64,000 nt of DNA from Anaeromyxobacteraceae bacterium (GCA_047602405.1 JASGHJ010000001.1:352001-416000); one strand, 5' to 3'; counted from the stretch's first letter, positions 1 to 10,747 are shown. Notes: generated from the sequence alone by a model not told the origin. Numbers and translations are program-made.

Positions 1-3000
1 GGGCAGTCGGCCTCGCTCGACGCCGACCTCGTGGCGCTCGCGGGCGTGGCGGGCGGGACGCTCGCCGGCAAGGCGCTCCTCCAGGACCAGTCCACCCACG
101 GCGGCATCCTCGTCGAGGTCCGCGCGCACGGCGGGACGACCGCCACGTACACCGGCATCACCTCCAGCGAGGGCGACTACCAGATCCCGGTGGCGGAGGG
201 CGCCTACGACCTGAGGTACGTGCGCGAGGACTTCCAGAGCTCGAACCAGGAGAACGTGACGGTGGCCGCGGGGCAGCTCTCGGCGGTCCCGCAGGTGCTG
301 CTCGCGGTCAACCCGGCGAGCCTGAACGGCACCGTCGTCGGCGAGACGCTCGCCGGCACGCTCGCGCCGCTCGACCTCGCCGACATCACCCTCGAGAACG
401 CCTTCTCCATCAAGTCGTCGAACGGCAGCTGGGGCTTCAACAACATCGTCCCGGGCAGCTACCTCGTGCGCGCGACCAAGGCCGGCTACGAGGAGGCCTC
501 GGTCCCGGTCATCGACCTCAAGGGCGGCACGAGCCGCACCCTCGCCGACCCGTTCGTGCTCCGGCTCTCGCGCGGCGGGATCACCGGCACCGTCCAGCTC
601 GCCGACAGCGCCGACGCCTCGGGCGCGGTGGTCGAGGCGACCGGCACCGGCGTCGCGACCGTCACCGGCGCGTCCGGCGCCTTCACCCTCGCCGGCCTCG
701 TCGAGGGCACGTACGAGGTCTCGGTCCGCAAGGACGGGTACGCCCCCGCGGTGCGGGCCGGCGTCACGGTCGCCGCGGGCGCCTCCACGAGCGTCGGCAC
801 GGTGACCCTCGCCCGCCAGGGCGGGGCCATCGACCTCGTGCAGGGCGCGGTCACGAAGGACCGCCTCATCACCGTCCGGCTCAACGCCTCGAGCGCCACC
901 GGCTACCGCATCAGCCAGGACCCGACCTTCACGGCCGCCGGCCTGGGCGACACCCTCACCTCGCCCGCGAGCCCGCGCCCCTATGGCGGCCCGGGCACGA
1001 CCCACGACTTCACCCTCGACGACCTCGACGGCCGCCACGAGGTGTACGTCGTCTTCTACGACGGCACGACCGCCTCCTCTCCGGCGAGCGCGTCGATCGT
1101 GCTCGACCGCACCGCGCCCCAGGCCCCCTCGGTCGTGATCGAGAGCGGCTCCGGCTACACCCGCAGCACGGTCGTCGGCCTCGCGCTCTCCGCCCAGGAC
1201 CTCCCGCCCGCCCAGAACATCGAGGTCTCCGGCCTCGCCGGCGCGGAGCTCGCCGACAACCCGGCGTTCTCGGGCTCGACCTCGATCTCCTTCGCGACCT
1301 CGACCACCTGGCCCATCGGCACGGGCGACGGCGCGAAGCAGGTCTGGGTGCGCTTCACCGACAAGGCCGGCAACGTCTCCGACCCGGCGAGCGCCAGCAT
1401 CGTGCTCGACACGGTCCCCCCGGGCGCGATCGCGATCGCCCTCTCCGGCGGCGCCACGGCGCCGGCCGGCTACGCCGGCTCCCCGCTCGTCTCCGCCGAC
1501 CTCGACGCGACCGACGCGAACGCCGGCCCGAACGGCCAGAACCTCCAGGTCCGCATCTCGAACAGCTCGGGGCTCGGCGGCGCGACGCTGCAGCCGTTCG
1601 CCTCGTCGGTGCCGTGGTTCGTGACCGCGGGCGACGGCCCGAAGACCGTCTACGTGCAGGTGGTCGACCCGGCGGGCAACGCGAGCGTGGTCGCGAACGG
1701 CACCATCACCCTCGCCGCGACGCCGCCGTCGGGCGGGACCCTCGTCGTGGAGGGCGGCGCGGCCGCCACCTCGCAGGCCACCGTGGGCGTCGCGGTCTCG
1801 GCGACCGGCGCGGCGGAGATGCGCTTCCTCGTCAACGGCGTCGTCGCCGCCGACTGGATGCCCTACGCCGCGACCGCCACCGTCCCGCTCGGCGCGGTCG
1901 CCGACGGCTCGACGATCGCCGTCGCGGTCGCGTTCCGGAACGTGGCCCGGGTCGAGGGCGGCGGCGCCTCCGCCAACCTCCTCGTGGACCGCACCGCCCC
2001 GACCGCGCCGGCGCTGGCCGTGAACGGCGGCGCGGACCACACCCGCTCGACCGCGGTGACGCTGACCCTCTCGGCGGTCGACGCCGGCGCGGGCGCGTCG
2101 GGCCTCTCGAAGGTGCAGCTCTCGAACGACGGCTTCGCGACCTCGACCACCGTGGGCTACGCGACGTCCCTCCCCTGGACGCTCGCCGCTGGCGCCGACG
2201 GCGCGCGCACCGTGTCGGCCCGCTTCCTCGACGGGGCGGGCAACGTCACCGGGACGGTCACCGACGGCATCGTGCTCGACACCACCGCGCCCGCGTCGCC
2301 CGAGCTCACGCTCACCGGCAACCCGGAGGCGCCCCTCGGCTTCACCGGCACGCCGGTGGTCACCGCGGCGCTCTCGGCCACCGACGCGAACGGCGGCGCG
2401 GGCGGCGCCGCCCTCGAGGTGCGCCTGTCGAACGACCTCGGCTTCGCCGCCTCCACCTGGCAGCCCTTCGCGGCGACGACCGCGTGGGTCCTCGCGCCGG
2501 GCGACGGCGCGAAGACCGTGTACGCCCAGTTCCGCGACCCGGCGGGGAACGTGTCCGCCACCGCCTCGGCCGCGATCACCCTCTCCTCCACGGCCCCCTC
2601 GGCGGGCTCGATCGTCGTGGAGGCCGGCGCGGCCTCCACGAACAAGAGCGCGACGCCGCTCGCCGTCGCGGTCGCGGCCGCGAACGCGAGCCTGATGCGC
2701 TTCTCGGTCAACGGGGTCCCCGTCGCGGCGGGCTGGATCCCCTACGCGACGAGCACCACCCTCGCCGCGTCCTCGCTCCCGGACGAGGCGACGGCGGTCA
2801 TCTCGGTCTCGTTCAGGAACGCGGGCGGCCTCGAGGGCGGCGGCGCCTCGACCTCGATCCTGGTGGACCGCCGGGCTCCCACCTCGCCGGCGGTCGCGGT
2901 GAGCGGCGGCGCGGCCTACGCCGCCGGCACCGCGGTCACCGTGTCGGTCTCCGCGCTCGACGTGCCCGCGGCGGCGGGCGGGGTCGCCTCCGGCCTCGCG

Positions 3001-6000
3001 AGCGTGCAACTCTCGAACGACAACTTCGCGACCTCGACCACCTTCCCCATCGCCGACGCGATCGCCTGGACGCTCGCGTCCGGCGCCGACGGCGCCCGCA
3101 CGGTGTACGCCCGGTTCCTCGACCTGGCGGGCAACGTGTCGGCCACGGTCAGCGACGCCATCACCCTCGACACCGCCGCCCCCGCGGCGGGCTCGATCAC
3201 GCTCGCCGGCAACCCCGAGGCGACGGCCGGCAACACCGGCACGCCGGTCGTGACCGCGACGCTCACGACGAGCGACGCGAACGGCGGCGCGGGCAACGCG
3301 AGCCTCGAGGTCCAGCTCTCGAACTCCTCCGGCTTCGCGGGGGCGACCTGGCAGGCCTTCACCTCGCCGATGGCGTGGGTGCTCCTCCCCGGTGACGGCG
3401 CGAAGACCGTCTACGCGCGGTTCCGCGATCCGGCCGGCAACGTGTCGACCTTCGTGCAGGCGGCCATCACCCTCGCCGCGACCGCGCCCACGAGCGGCTC
3501 GATCGTGGTCGAGGGCGGCGCCGCCGCCACGAACAAGAGCGCCACCGCGCTCAACGTGACCGTCGGCGCGACCGGCGCCACCCAGATGCGCCTCTCCGTG
3601 AACGGGACGGCCGGCAGCTGGATCCCCTACGCGGCCTCCACCACCGTCGCCGCCTCCGGCCTCCCCGACGAGACCCCCGCGGCGATCTCGGTCCTCTTCC
3701 GGAACGCCGGCGGCGTCGAGGGCGGCGCGGCGAGCACGAGCATCCTCGTCGACCGCCGGGCGCCGACCTCCGGGACGGTCGTCGTCAACGCGGGCGCGTC
3801 CTACGCCTCCTCCACGGCCGTCACGCTCACGGTCTCGGCGGTCGACGCGCCGCTCGGGACCGGCACCGCCTCCGGCCTCGCGAGCGTGCAGGTCTCGAAC
3901 GACGGGTTCACGACCTCCCAGACCTTCGGGATGGCGAGCACCGTGCCCTGGACGCTCGCGGCGGGCGCCGACGGCGCGCGCACGGTCTCGGTGCGGTTCC
4001 TCGACAAGGCGGGCAACGCGTCGGCGATCGTCGCCGACAGCATCACGCTCGACACCGCCGCGCCCGCCCCGGGCACCATGAGCCTCTCCGGCAACCCCGA
4101 GGCCACGGGGGGCAACACCGGCACGCCCATCGTCTCGGTCGCCTTCTCCGGCCCCACCGACGCGAACGCCGGCGCCGGCGGCACGAACCTCGAGGTCCAG
4201 CTCTCGAACTCGGTCGGCTTCTCCGGCGCGACCTGGCAGCCGTACGCGACCCCGCTCGCGTGGGTGCTCACCCCGGGCGACGGCGCGAAGACCGTCTACG
4301 CCCGCTTCCGCGACCAGGCCGGCCTCCAGTCGACGACCATCCAGGCGAGCATCAACCTCGCCGCGACGCCGCCGTCCTCCGGCACGATCATCCTCGCGGC
4401 CGGCGCCGCCGCGACCTCGGTGGCGACGGTCTCCGCCGCGGTCACCGCCACGAGCGCCACCCAGATGCAGTTCTTCGTGAACGGCGTCCCCGACGGCCGG
4501 GGCTGGATCCCGTACGCCACGTCCACCACCGTCGCGCTCGGCAGCGCGCCCAACGAGGCGACCCGGGTCGTCTCGGTGAGCTTCCGGAACGTCGGCGGCA
4601 TCGAGGGCGGCGGCGCGAGCGCGGCGATCCGGTACGACACCCTCGCCCCGAGCCCGGGCTCCCTCGCCATCACCGGCACGCTCGGCAACGGCTCGACCTC
4701 GGCGCTGCTCACCGCCACCCCGGCGGTGGTGCTCTCCACCGTCCCGTTCAGCGCCAGCACCGACGTCGCCCAGATGGCGGTCGTGCAGGCCTCCACCTCC
4801 GCGACCGCGTGCTCGACGATGTACGCGAGCCCGCAGTGGCAGTCGGCCGCGCTCTCGCTCACGTTCGTGCTCACCGGCACCGACGGCGCGAAGCGCGTGT
4901 GCCTCCTGTTCCGCGACGGCGCCGGGAACTTCGACGTGAACAACGCGGTCGCGGCGAACATCACGCTCGACACGACGCCGCCCACGAACCCCACCTTCGT
5001 GAACGTCAGCTCCACGACGACGAACTCGGCGGTCGCGCCGAAGACCGGCGTCCCCACCATCACCGCCGCCACCGACGCGAACGCCGTCACCTACCAGTGC
5101 ACCGGCGGCGTCTCGCCGAGCTACGGCGCGCAGTGGGCGGACTGCGGCGCGGGCACCACCCTGCCCCGCGCCTGGACGCTGATCGCGAACGCGGAGAACA
5201 CCCTCGGCGTGCGCGCCCGCGACGCGGCCTTCAACTACAGCCCGGGCTCCTTCGCGCGCGTCGTGCACGACGACGTCGCCCCCACCCCGCCGTTCATCGT
5301 GGAGCTCCGCTCCTCGCGCGACTCGGTGACGGTGATCTGGGACGCGACCGCCGACGCCGACGTCGTGAGCTACGTCGTCTACTACGGCAACGCCCCCGGC
5401 GACCTCGGCGGCAGCGGCGCGGCCCAGGGCCCGTCGCCCATCACGGTCGCCGCCGCCGCGGGCCAGGCCTCCGGCAGCTTCACCCTCACCGGCCTCACCC
5501 AGGGCATCCCGTACTACGTCGCGGTCGAGGCGGTGGACGCCGCCGGCAACCGCTCCGGCCCGTCCGGCGAGCGCTCCGCGGTGCCCAACAAGGCGAACCC
5601 GCGCCTCCTCACCACGGTGGGCGCGACCCCGCGCACCACGGGCTTCCGCGCGACGGCCACGAAGACCTTCGCCTACGTCGGGACCAACCAGGGCATCACG
5701 CAGGTGGACATCACCGACGACGTCTTCCCGGCGGTGGTCGGGCGCGCCTTCCTGCCCGACATGGTGCCGGTCGAGCGCGCGCCGCTCGCCGTGTTCGACT
5801 GCACGAAGGGCGCGGTCGTGGGCCACTGCGTGGTCCCCTCCGGCACCACGCTCGAGGGCGACTACCGCGGCGACCAGGACTTCTACCGCGCGGCGGCGCC
5901 GATCGTGTTCTTCCCGCTGACCGGCACCGCGACCGCGCCGGCGGTGGGCCTCATCGAGTCGATCCTCCCCACCCGCCCGACCCACGTCGTCCCCTACCAG

Positions 6001-8748
6001 GCGAACGGGGTCACCTACCTCCTCGCCATCGATCTCAAGGGCGTGCGCGCGTTCACCGTCGACCCGACGAACCCGTCCCTGGTCCGCCAGGTGGGCAGCG
6101 CCACCCACGCCGCGCCGGTCGTGGAGGTGCTCACCGCGGGCCTGAACGGGAGCGAGCTCTACGTGGTCGCCCGGGTGAACCCGCAGTACTTCGGCGGCCC
6201 CACCGACGTGCCCGTCGTGCTCGGGTACGAGTGCGCGGACCTGCCGAGCGACTTCTACCAGCTGTTCAGCCCGCTCTCCCTCGGCTTCGGCGACCGCGTC
6301 GCGGGCAACCCCGAGCCCACCTTCATGGTGGACGGCGGCCTGTTCGCGAACTACGTGGCCGGCGGGCAGAGCCGCCTGTCCTCGTTCGCACCCGGCTCGA
6401 TCAACGGCGCCACGCCGGTGTCCACGCTCGTGCTCTCGACGGCGGGCTCCGACGGCGGCAACCCGGCCGCCGCCGCGGCGGGGTTCAACCAGCTGTACGT
6501 GTGGACCGAGGGCGGCCTCGCCTCGCCCACGCTCTACCAGGTGAACCGCACCGGGCTCACCCTCGCGCTGGGCGGCTCCCGCTCGGTCGGCAACGAGCCG
6601 TACACGGCGCAGGTCGCCCGCACCCACGCGAACGCGACCCGCCTCTTCACGATCGACCCGTACACCTCCGACCCGGCCGTGCGCGCGGTGCAGCGCTGGC
6701 CGGTGAGCGGGGCCACCATCTCGAACGGCGCCACGCTGTTCAACCAGATCCGGCCGGAGTGGTTCGCCTGGGCCGATCACGTGATGTACGTGTCGCAGGC
6801 GGGCTTCATCAACACGGTGGACGTCTCGAACCCCTACCTGCCCAGGATCGGCAACGCCTTCACCCCCGGCCCGGCCATCGGCGGGAGCTTCGGCCGGCTC
6901 GTCACCCACGGCCGCTACCTCTTCGCCGCGTTCTCGCCCACCATCCTCCCGGGCTCCGGCGGCGTCGCGATCTTCCGGATGACCGGCACCGGCGGGCTGC
7001 AGACGAACGGGAACCTCCTCAACCCCTCGCCGATGCGGACGCTGTCCTTCCCGGTCGGCGTGAACGGCAACGACCTCGCCGTGGTCGGCCGGTGGCTCTT
7101 CGCCACCGGGACGGACGGCGACCTCCGCGTCTACAACCTCGCGCCGACCACCACCCTCAACAACCCCACCAACGCCGTCCCGACCCTCGCCACCACGCTC
7201 GTGGGCTCCTACGGCGAGATCGAGGCCCGCCGCGACACGTCGGGCGTGACGAACTACGAGGCGGTGGTCTACGCCACCGTCGGCGACACCGTGGTCACCC
7301 TCGGGTGGGACGGCGCGGCGTTCACGACGCTCAACGCCGGCGTGACCTTCGCCTCCTCGCAGGCCGCGACGTCCCTGTCGCTCGCCGGCAACTACCTCAC
7401 GGTCGGGACGCCCTCGGGGTCGTACCTCATGAGCGTCTCGACCCCGGCGTCGCCCTTCGTGACCGGGGCGGGCGTCTACCCGCTCGCGGGGCCGACCCGG
7501 CTGCAGGCCGGCTACCTCGTCGGCCTCGCGCCCTCCGGCGACCCGAGCGGCCCGAACTTCGCGATCCGCTCGAGCGGCATCGTGGACGGCTCGATCCGCT
7601 TCTCGACGTGCACCGGCGGCGGCGCGCAGTCCATCGCGCACGACAACGGGCTCTACGCCGCGAGCTGCGGGCGGAACGGCATCGCGCTGTTCACGACCGG
7701 CGCGCTCGAGGGCATGCGGCTCTCGAAGACCTACGACATCTCGCCCTCCTGGAGCGCCGGGGCCTCCTTCGCGACCGACGGGATGATCGGGTGGTTCAGC
7801 GGGCCGCAGGTCTGGACCGGCTCCGCGACCGACTACTCGCGCCTGTACCAGGCGAACGAGGAGAACGCCGCGGAGGGCACCGTCTCGACGCCGGTCAACT
7901 TCATGAGCGTCAACGCCGACACGCTGCGCTACGGCTCCTTCATGGCGCAGGGCGACGGCGTGCTCTACGTCGCCACGAACCGCCTGCTCGCGTCGCCCAC
8001 CCTCGACGCGTACGAGTCGACCACCCCGTACACCTTCATCAACCGGGTGACGCTGGCCGGCCTCGACCCGATCTCGGCGATGGTCTCCGACGGCGAGTAC
8101 CTCTACATCGCCCGCAACGGCAACGCCCAGACCCAGGTCTCGGCCGTCGACGTCCGCAACCCGAACGCCATGACGACCCGCGCCACCGCCACCGCGGTCG
8201 CGAACCGGGCGATCTCCATGCTCGCGCTGTCGCGCGACCGGCTCTACGCGCCGCTCTACCAGGGCGCGGCCGCGGTGAACGACATCCTCGTCTACGACGT
8301 CTCGACGGTGCAGTCGGCGGGGACGATCACCGCCGCGACCACCGTCACCCCCGGCTCGGAGGGCAGCATCACCGGGGTGGACGTGGTGGGGAACACCCTC
8401 GTCTACACGATGATGGACGAGATCTACGCCGCCCCCGGCTACTACCTGGGCGTCGGCACCCTGGGCACGAACCGCGACGGCGCCGGCTTCGTCACGAAGC
8501 CGATCCTCACGGTCAACGAGCCGCTCCAGACCCCGGTCATCTCCGGCGACAACCTGTACCTCGCGTCCAACCTCGGGCTGCAGGCCTACGACCTGCGGGG
8601 CTTCTTCAACTCCGGCGCCAACCTCACCGCGGGCGGCGGGGTCAGCCTCGCGGATCCGCTGCGGGTGAACCAGCCGGTGAAGCTCCACGTCGAGGGGCCG
8701 TTCGCCTACCTCACCGGCGGCACCTACCGCGTCTTCGACCTCCGCTAG
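1..8748 (+). CDS. Giant repetitive cell-surface protein, 5'-truncated: carboxypeptidase-regulatory-like beta-sandwiches, tandem Ig-like repeats, FN3 domain, LVIVD-like beta-propeller C-terminal region
   Basis: Frame is open from base 1 (GQSASLDADLV...), so the gene starts upstream of the window. Thr/Ala/Gly/Ser-rich. Repeated GDGAKTVYARFRDxAGN and LDTxAP motifs; FN3-like VTVIWDA...YYVAVEAVDAAGNRSGPS at about 5330-5570; VDVSNP/VDVRNP propeller-type repeats; stop TAG at 8746-8748. Confidence 0.85.
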   Translation, partial: GQSASLDADLVALAGVAGGTLAGKALLQDQSTHGGILVEVRAHGGTTATYTGITSSEGDYQIPVAEGAYDLRYVREDFQSSNQENVTVAAGQLSAVPQVLLAVNPASLNGTVVGETLAGTLAPLDLADITLENAFSIKSSNGSWGFNNIVPGSYLVRATKAGYEEASVPVIDLKGGTSRTLADPFVLRLSRGGITGTVQLADSADASGAVVEATGTGVATVTGASGAFTLAGLVEGTYEVSVRKDGYAPAVRAGVTVAAGASTSVGTVTLARQGGAIDLVQGAVTKDRLITVRLNASSATGYRISQDPTFTAAGLGDTLTSPASPRPYGGPGTTHDFTLDDLDGRHEVYVVFYDGTTASSPASASIVLDRTAPQAPSVVIESGSGYTRSTVVGLALSAQDLPPAQNIEVSGLAGAELADNPAFSGSTSISFATSTTWPIGTGDGAKQVWVRFTDKAGNVSDPASASIVLDTVPPGAIAIALSGGATAPAGYAGSPLVSADLDATDANAGPNGQNLQVRISNSSGLGGATLQPFASSVPWFVTAGDGPKTVYVQVVDPAGNASVVANGTITLAATPPSGGTLVVEGGAAATSQATVGVAVSATGAAEMRFLVNGVVAADWMPYAATATVPLGAVADGSTIAVAVAFRNVARVEGGGASANLLVDRTAPTAPALAVNGGADHTRSTAVTLTLSAVDAGAGASGLSKVQLSNDGFATSTTVGYATSLPWTLAAGADGARTVSARFLDGAGNVTGTVTDGIVLDTTAPASPELTLTGNPEAPLGFTGTPVVTAALSATDANGGAGGAALEVRLSNDLGFAASTWQPFAATTAWVLAPGDGAKTVYAQFRDPAGNVSATASAAITLSSTAPSAGSIVVEAGAASTNKSATPLAVAVAAANASLMRFSVNGVPVAAGWIPYATSTTLAASSLPDEATAVISVSFRNAGGLEGGGASTSILVDRRAPTSPAVAVSGGAAYAAGTAVTVSVSALDVPAAAGGVASGLASVQLSNDNFATSTTFPIADAIAWTLASGADGARTVYARFLDLAGNVSATVSDAITLDTAAPAAGSITLAGNPEATAGNTGTPVVTATLTTSDANGGAGNASLEVQLSNSSGFAGATWQAFTSPMAWVLLPGDGAKTVYARFRDPAGNVSTFVQAAITLAATAPTSGSIVVEGGAAATNKSATALNVTVGATGATQMRLSVNGTAGSWIPYAASTTVAASGLPDETPAAISVLFRNAGGVEGGAASTSILVDRRAPTSGTVVVNAGASYASSTAVTLTVSAVDAPLGTGTASGLASVQVSNDGFTTSQTFGMASTVPWTLAAGADGARTVSVRFLDKAGNASAIVADSITLDTAAPAPGTMSLSGNPEATGGNTGTPIVSVAFSGPTDANAGAGGTNLEVQLSNSVGFSGATWQPYATPLAWVLTPGDGAKTVYARFRDQAGLQSTTIQASINLAATPPSSGTIILAAGAAATSVATVSAAVTATSATQMQFFVNGVPDGRGWIPYATSTTVALGSAPNEATRVVSVSFRNVGGIEGGGASAAIRYDTLAPSPGSLAITGTLGNGSTSALLTATPAVVLSTVPFSASTDVAQMAVVQASTSATACSTMYASPQWQSAALSLTFVLTGTDGAKRVCLLFRDGAGNFDVNNAVAANITLDTTPPTNPTFVNVSSTTTNSAVAPKTGVPTITAATDANAVTYQCTGGVSPSYGAQWADCGAGTTLPRAWTLIANAENTLGVRARDAAFNYSPGSFARVVHDDVAPTPPFIVELRSSRDSVTVIWDATADADVVSYVVYYGNAPGDLGGSGAAQGPSPITVAAAAGQASGSFTLTGLTQGIPYYVAVEAVDAAGNRSGPSGERSAVPNKANPRLLTTVGATPRTTGFRATATKTFAYVGTNQGITQVDITDDVFPAVVGRAFLPDMVPVERAPLAVFDCTKGAVVGHCVVPSGTTLEGDYRGDQDFYRAAAPIVFFPLTGTATAPAVGLIESILPTRPTHVVPYQANGVTYLLAIDLKGVRAFTVDPTNPSLVRQVGSATHAAPVVEVLTAGLNGSELYVVARVNPQYFGGPTDVPVVLGYECADLPSDFYQLFSPLSLGFGDRVAGNPEPTFMVDGGLFANYVAGGQSRLSSFAPGSINGATPVSTLVLSTAGSDGGNPAAAAAGFNQLYVWTEGGLASPTLYQVNRTGLTLALGGSRSVGNEPYTAQVARTHANATRLFTIDPYTSDPAVRAVQRWPVSGATISNGATLFNQIRPEWFAWADHVMYVSQAGFINTVDVSNPYLPRIGNAFTPGPAIGGSFGRLVTHGRYLFAAFSPTILPGSGGVAIFRMTGTGGLQTNGNLLNPSPMRTLSFPVGVNGNDLAVVGRWLFATGTDGDLRVYNLAPTTTLNNPTNAVPTLATTLVGSYGEIEARRDTSGVTNYEAVVYATVGDTVVTLGWDGAAFTTLNAGVTFASSQAATSLSLAGNYLTVGTPSGSYLMSVSTPASPFVTGAGVYPLAGPTRLQAGYLVGLAPSGDPSGPNFAIRSSGIVDGSIRFSTCTGGGAQSIAHDNGLYAASCGRNGIALFTTGALEGMRLSKTYDISPSWSAGASFATDGMIGWFSGPQVWTGSATDYSRLYQANEENAAEGTVSTPVNFMSVNADTLRYGSFMAQGDGVLYVATNRLLASPTLDAYESTTPYTFINRVTLAGLDPISAMVSDGEYLYIARNGNAQTQVSAVDVRNPNAMTTRATATAVANRAISMLALSRDRLYAPLYQGAAAVNDILVYDVSTVQSAGTITAATTVTPGSEGSITGVDVVGNTLVYTMMDEIYAAPGYYLGVGTLGTNRDGAGFVTKPILTVNEPLQTPVISGDNLYLASNLGLQAYDLRGFFNSGANLTAGGGVSLADPLRVNQPVKLHVEGPFAYLTGGTYRVFDLR
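1100..4640 (+). repeat. Four tandem ~294-aa (~880 bp) coding repeats, each made of three Ig-like modules
   Basis: DRTAP/DRRAP unit starts at about 1105, 1987, 2866 and 3751; the array ends at YDTLAP near 4635. Segments recurring in most units include GNPEA..GxTGTP, WVLxPGDGAKTVYA and FRNxGGxEGGGAS. Confidence 0.85.
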
Positions 8749-8764
8749 GACCGGGACCTCCACC

Positions 8765-10273
8765 ATGACCACGCTCCGAGCCCCGACCCCGCTCTCACGG
8801 ACCCTGCTCCCCCCGAGGTTCATCGCCGCGCTCGCCGCGGCGCTGATCGCGGCGACGCCCGCCGCGGCGGCCGCCGCCGACGCCGCCGGCGAGGCCCAGC
8901 GCATCGCGGCGTCGCTCGCGAACCAGCTCACCGTCCGCCCGCCGCGCACCCCGGTGCAGCGCGTGACCGTCGCGCCGCTCCGCGAGGTCGGCGCCGCCGC
9001 CGCCGGCCGTGGCAAGGCCTTCTCCGAGGCGCTCGAGGCCGCGCTCGCGCGCGGCGGCAAGCTCGAGGTCCGCGCCTGGGGCGCGCTCGACCAGGCCCTG
9101 CGCGAGAAGGCGCTCTCCGGCGCGCAGGAGGGCGTGCCGGGCGTGGCGCCCATCCCGAACGTGCAGGGGCTCGTCATGGGCGAGGCGGTCGCCCCTGCCG
9201 ACGGCGGCCCGGTGCGGCTCACCGTGCGGCTCGTGCTCGTGCCCTCCGGCGCGGTGGCCGCGAGCGAATCCGGGCGGCTCGACGCCTCGGCGGCCCCGTC
9301 CGCGGCGTCGCCCACGCCCTCGCTCCAGGCGACCGCCGTCCCGCCCCCGCCGCCGCCCGCCGGGCCGTCGCCCGAGGCCCGCCAGCGCGCGGTCGCGGAG
9401 TCGGCGTCGGTCGACGTCGCCATCCGGCGCATGGCCGACCAGCTCGCCGCGGGCTTCGCGCGGCTGCCCGGGAACGCGCGCTACCGGCGCCTCGCCGTGC
9501 TGCAGTTCACCGACGCGGGCCCCGAGGCGAAGAAGCGCGAGCTCGGCACGGTGGTGTCCGCGGAGCTCGCGACCGACCTCAGGCGCGACCACGGCCTGCT
9601 GCTGGTGGAGCGCGAGAAGATGGGCGCGGTCCTCGCCGAGGCGAAGCTCGGCGCGATGGGGCTCACCGACGCGCGCGACGCCTCGAAGGTCGGCGCGCTC
9701 GCCGACGCGCAGGCGCTCGTCGTCGGCCAGGTCTCCGACGCGGGCGGGAAGTTCCTGCTCTCGGCGCGGATCCTCTCCGCCGACACGGGCGAGACGCTCG
9801 CCGCGGCCTCCGAGTCGGTGGCCGCCGCGACCCTCGTCGCGCTGTCCTCGGACTCGGTGGTGCTGCGGTCGAAGAAGGACGCGCTCTTCCGCTCGATGGT
9901 GCTGCCGGGCTTCGGCCAGCTCTACAACCGCCAGCCCGTGAAGGCCGCGGTCTTCATCGGCGCCGAGGCGGCGCTCCTCGGCGGCGCGGCGTTCCTGCAC
10001 CTCGCCGGCGCCTCGAAGGAGGACGCGTACAAGAAGTACACGCCCGCGGACGGGACCGACCCCACCACCGCCGCGGCCGAGGCCCGCAGCCTGCGCGACG
10101 CCGCCGAGGCCCGCTACGGCCAGCGCAACTGGGCCATCGCCGGCGCCGCCGCGGTGTGGCTCGTGAACGCCGCCGACGCGTACTTCTCGGGCGTGGACGG
10201 CGAGAAGCTCACGGTCGCACCCACCGGCACCCCCGCCGGCGGCTTCGGCCTCGCGCTCGCCGGGAGGTTCTGA
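8765..10273 (+). CDS. Secreted protein with two FlgO/CsgG-like domains and a C-terminal DUF5683-like region
   Basis: Ala-rich signal peptide; RLAVLQF...LLVEREKM...ADAQALVVGQVSDAGGKFLLSARIL (FlgO/TolB-N-like); ALFRSMVLPGFGQLYN (DUF5683-like); ends GFGLALAGRF. Starts 16 bp after the giant gene. Confidence 0.75.
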   Translation: MTTLRAPTPLSRTLLPPRFIAALAAALIAATPAAAAAADAAGEAQRIAASLANQLTVRPPRTPVQRVTVAPLREVGAAAAGRGKAFSEALEAALARGGKLEVRAWGALDQALREKALSGAQEGVPGVAPIPNVQGLVMGEAVAPADGGPVRLTVRLVLVPSGAVAASESGRLDASAAPSAASPTPSLQATAVPPPPPPAGPSPEARQRAVAESASVDVAIRRMADQLAAGFARLPGNARYRRLAVLQFTDAGPEAKKRELGTVVSAELATDLRRDHGLLLVEREKMGAVLAEAKLGAMGLTDARDASKVGALADAQALVVGQVSDAGGKFLLSARILSADTGETLAAASESVAAATLVALSSDSVVLRSKKDALFRSMVLPGFGQLYNRQPVKAAVFIGAEAALLGGAAFLHLAGASKEDAYKKYTPADGTDPTTAAAEARSLRDAAEARYGQRNWAIAGAAAVWLVNAADAYFSGVDGEKLTVAPTGTPAGGFGLALAGRF

Positions 10274-10281
10274 GCCGGGCG

Positions 10282-10725
10282 CTACCTCACGAGCTCCTTG
10301 ACGAGGTGCACGCCGAGCGCGCGCAGCCCCTCGTCGAGGATCGCCCGGCCGCGCGGCGTGTCGAGCGTGGCGCGCATCTGCTCCGGCGCGACGCCGATCT
10401 CGAGCTCGAGCCGCACGAGCACGGCGGCGAGCGCGGGCGTGTCGGGCGCGGGCTTCACCTTGCCGCGGCGGGCCGCGAGCCCCTTCGAGAGCCGATCGAC
10501 GAGCGCGTCGTCGGTCGTGCGCGGCCCCTGCTTCGCCTCGAGCCCCGCGGAGAGCGCGCCGTACAGGAGCTCGAGCACGCCCGGGGCCGCGACCGCGCGG
10601 GAGAGCCGGTCGGCCGCCTCCTCGTCGTCGACGTCGCGCATGGCGCCGTAGGTCGGGACGAGCAGCGCCACGACGTCCTGGCGGGTGACCACGTGCGGCA
10701 GGCGCCGCGAGAAGAGGGCCGTCAT
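10282..10725 (-). CDS. Hypothetical protein (147 aa)
   Basis: Protein-like sequence from MTALFSRRLPHVV with typical GC3 codon usage. The longer ORF start would overlap the ArsR gene. Confidence 0.7.
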   Translation of the reverse strand: MTALFSRRLPHVVTRQDVVALLVPTYGAMRDVDDEEAADRLSRAVAAPGVLELLYGALSAGLEAKQGPRTTDDALVDRLSKGLAARRGKVKPAPDTPALAAVLVRLELEIGVAPEQMRATLDTPRGRAILDEGLRALGVHLVKELVR

Positions 10726-10747
10726 GGGGAGGGGTGTACCGCGGGGC

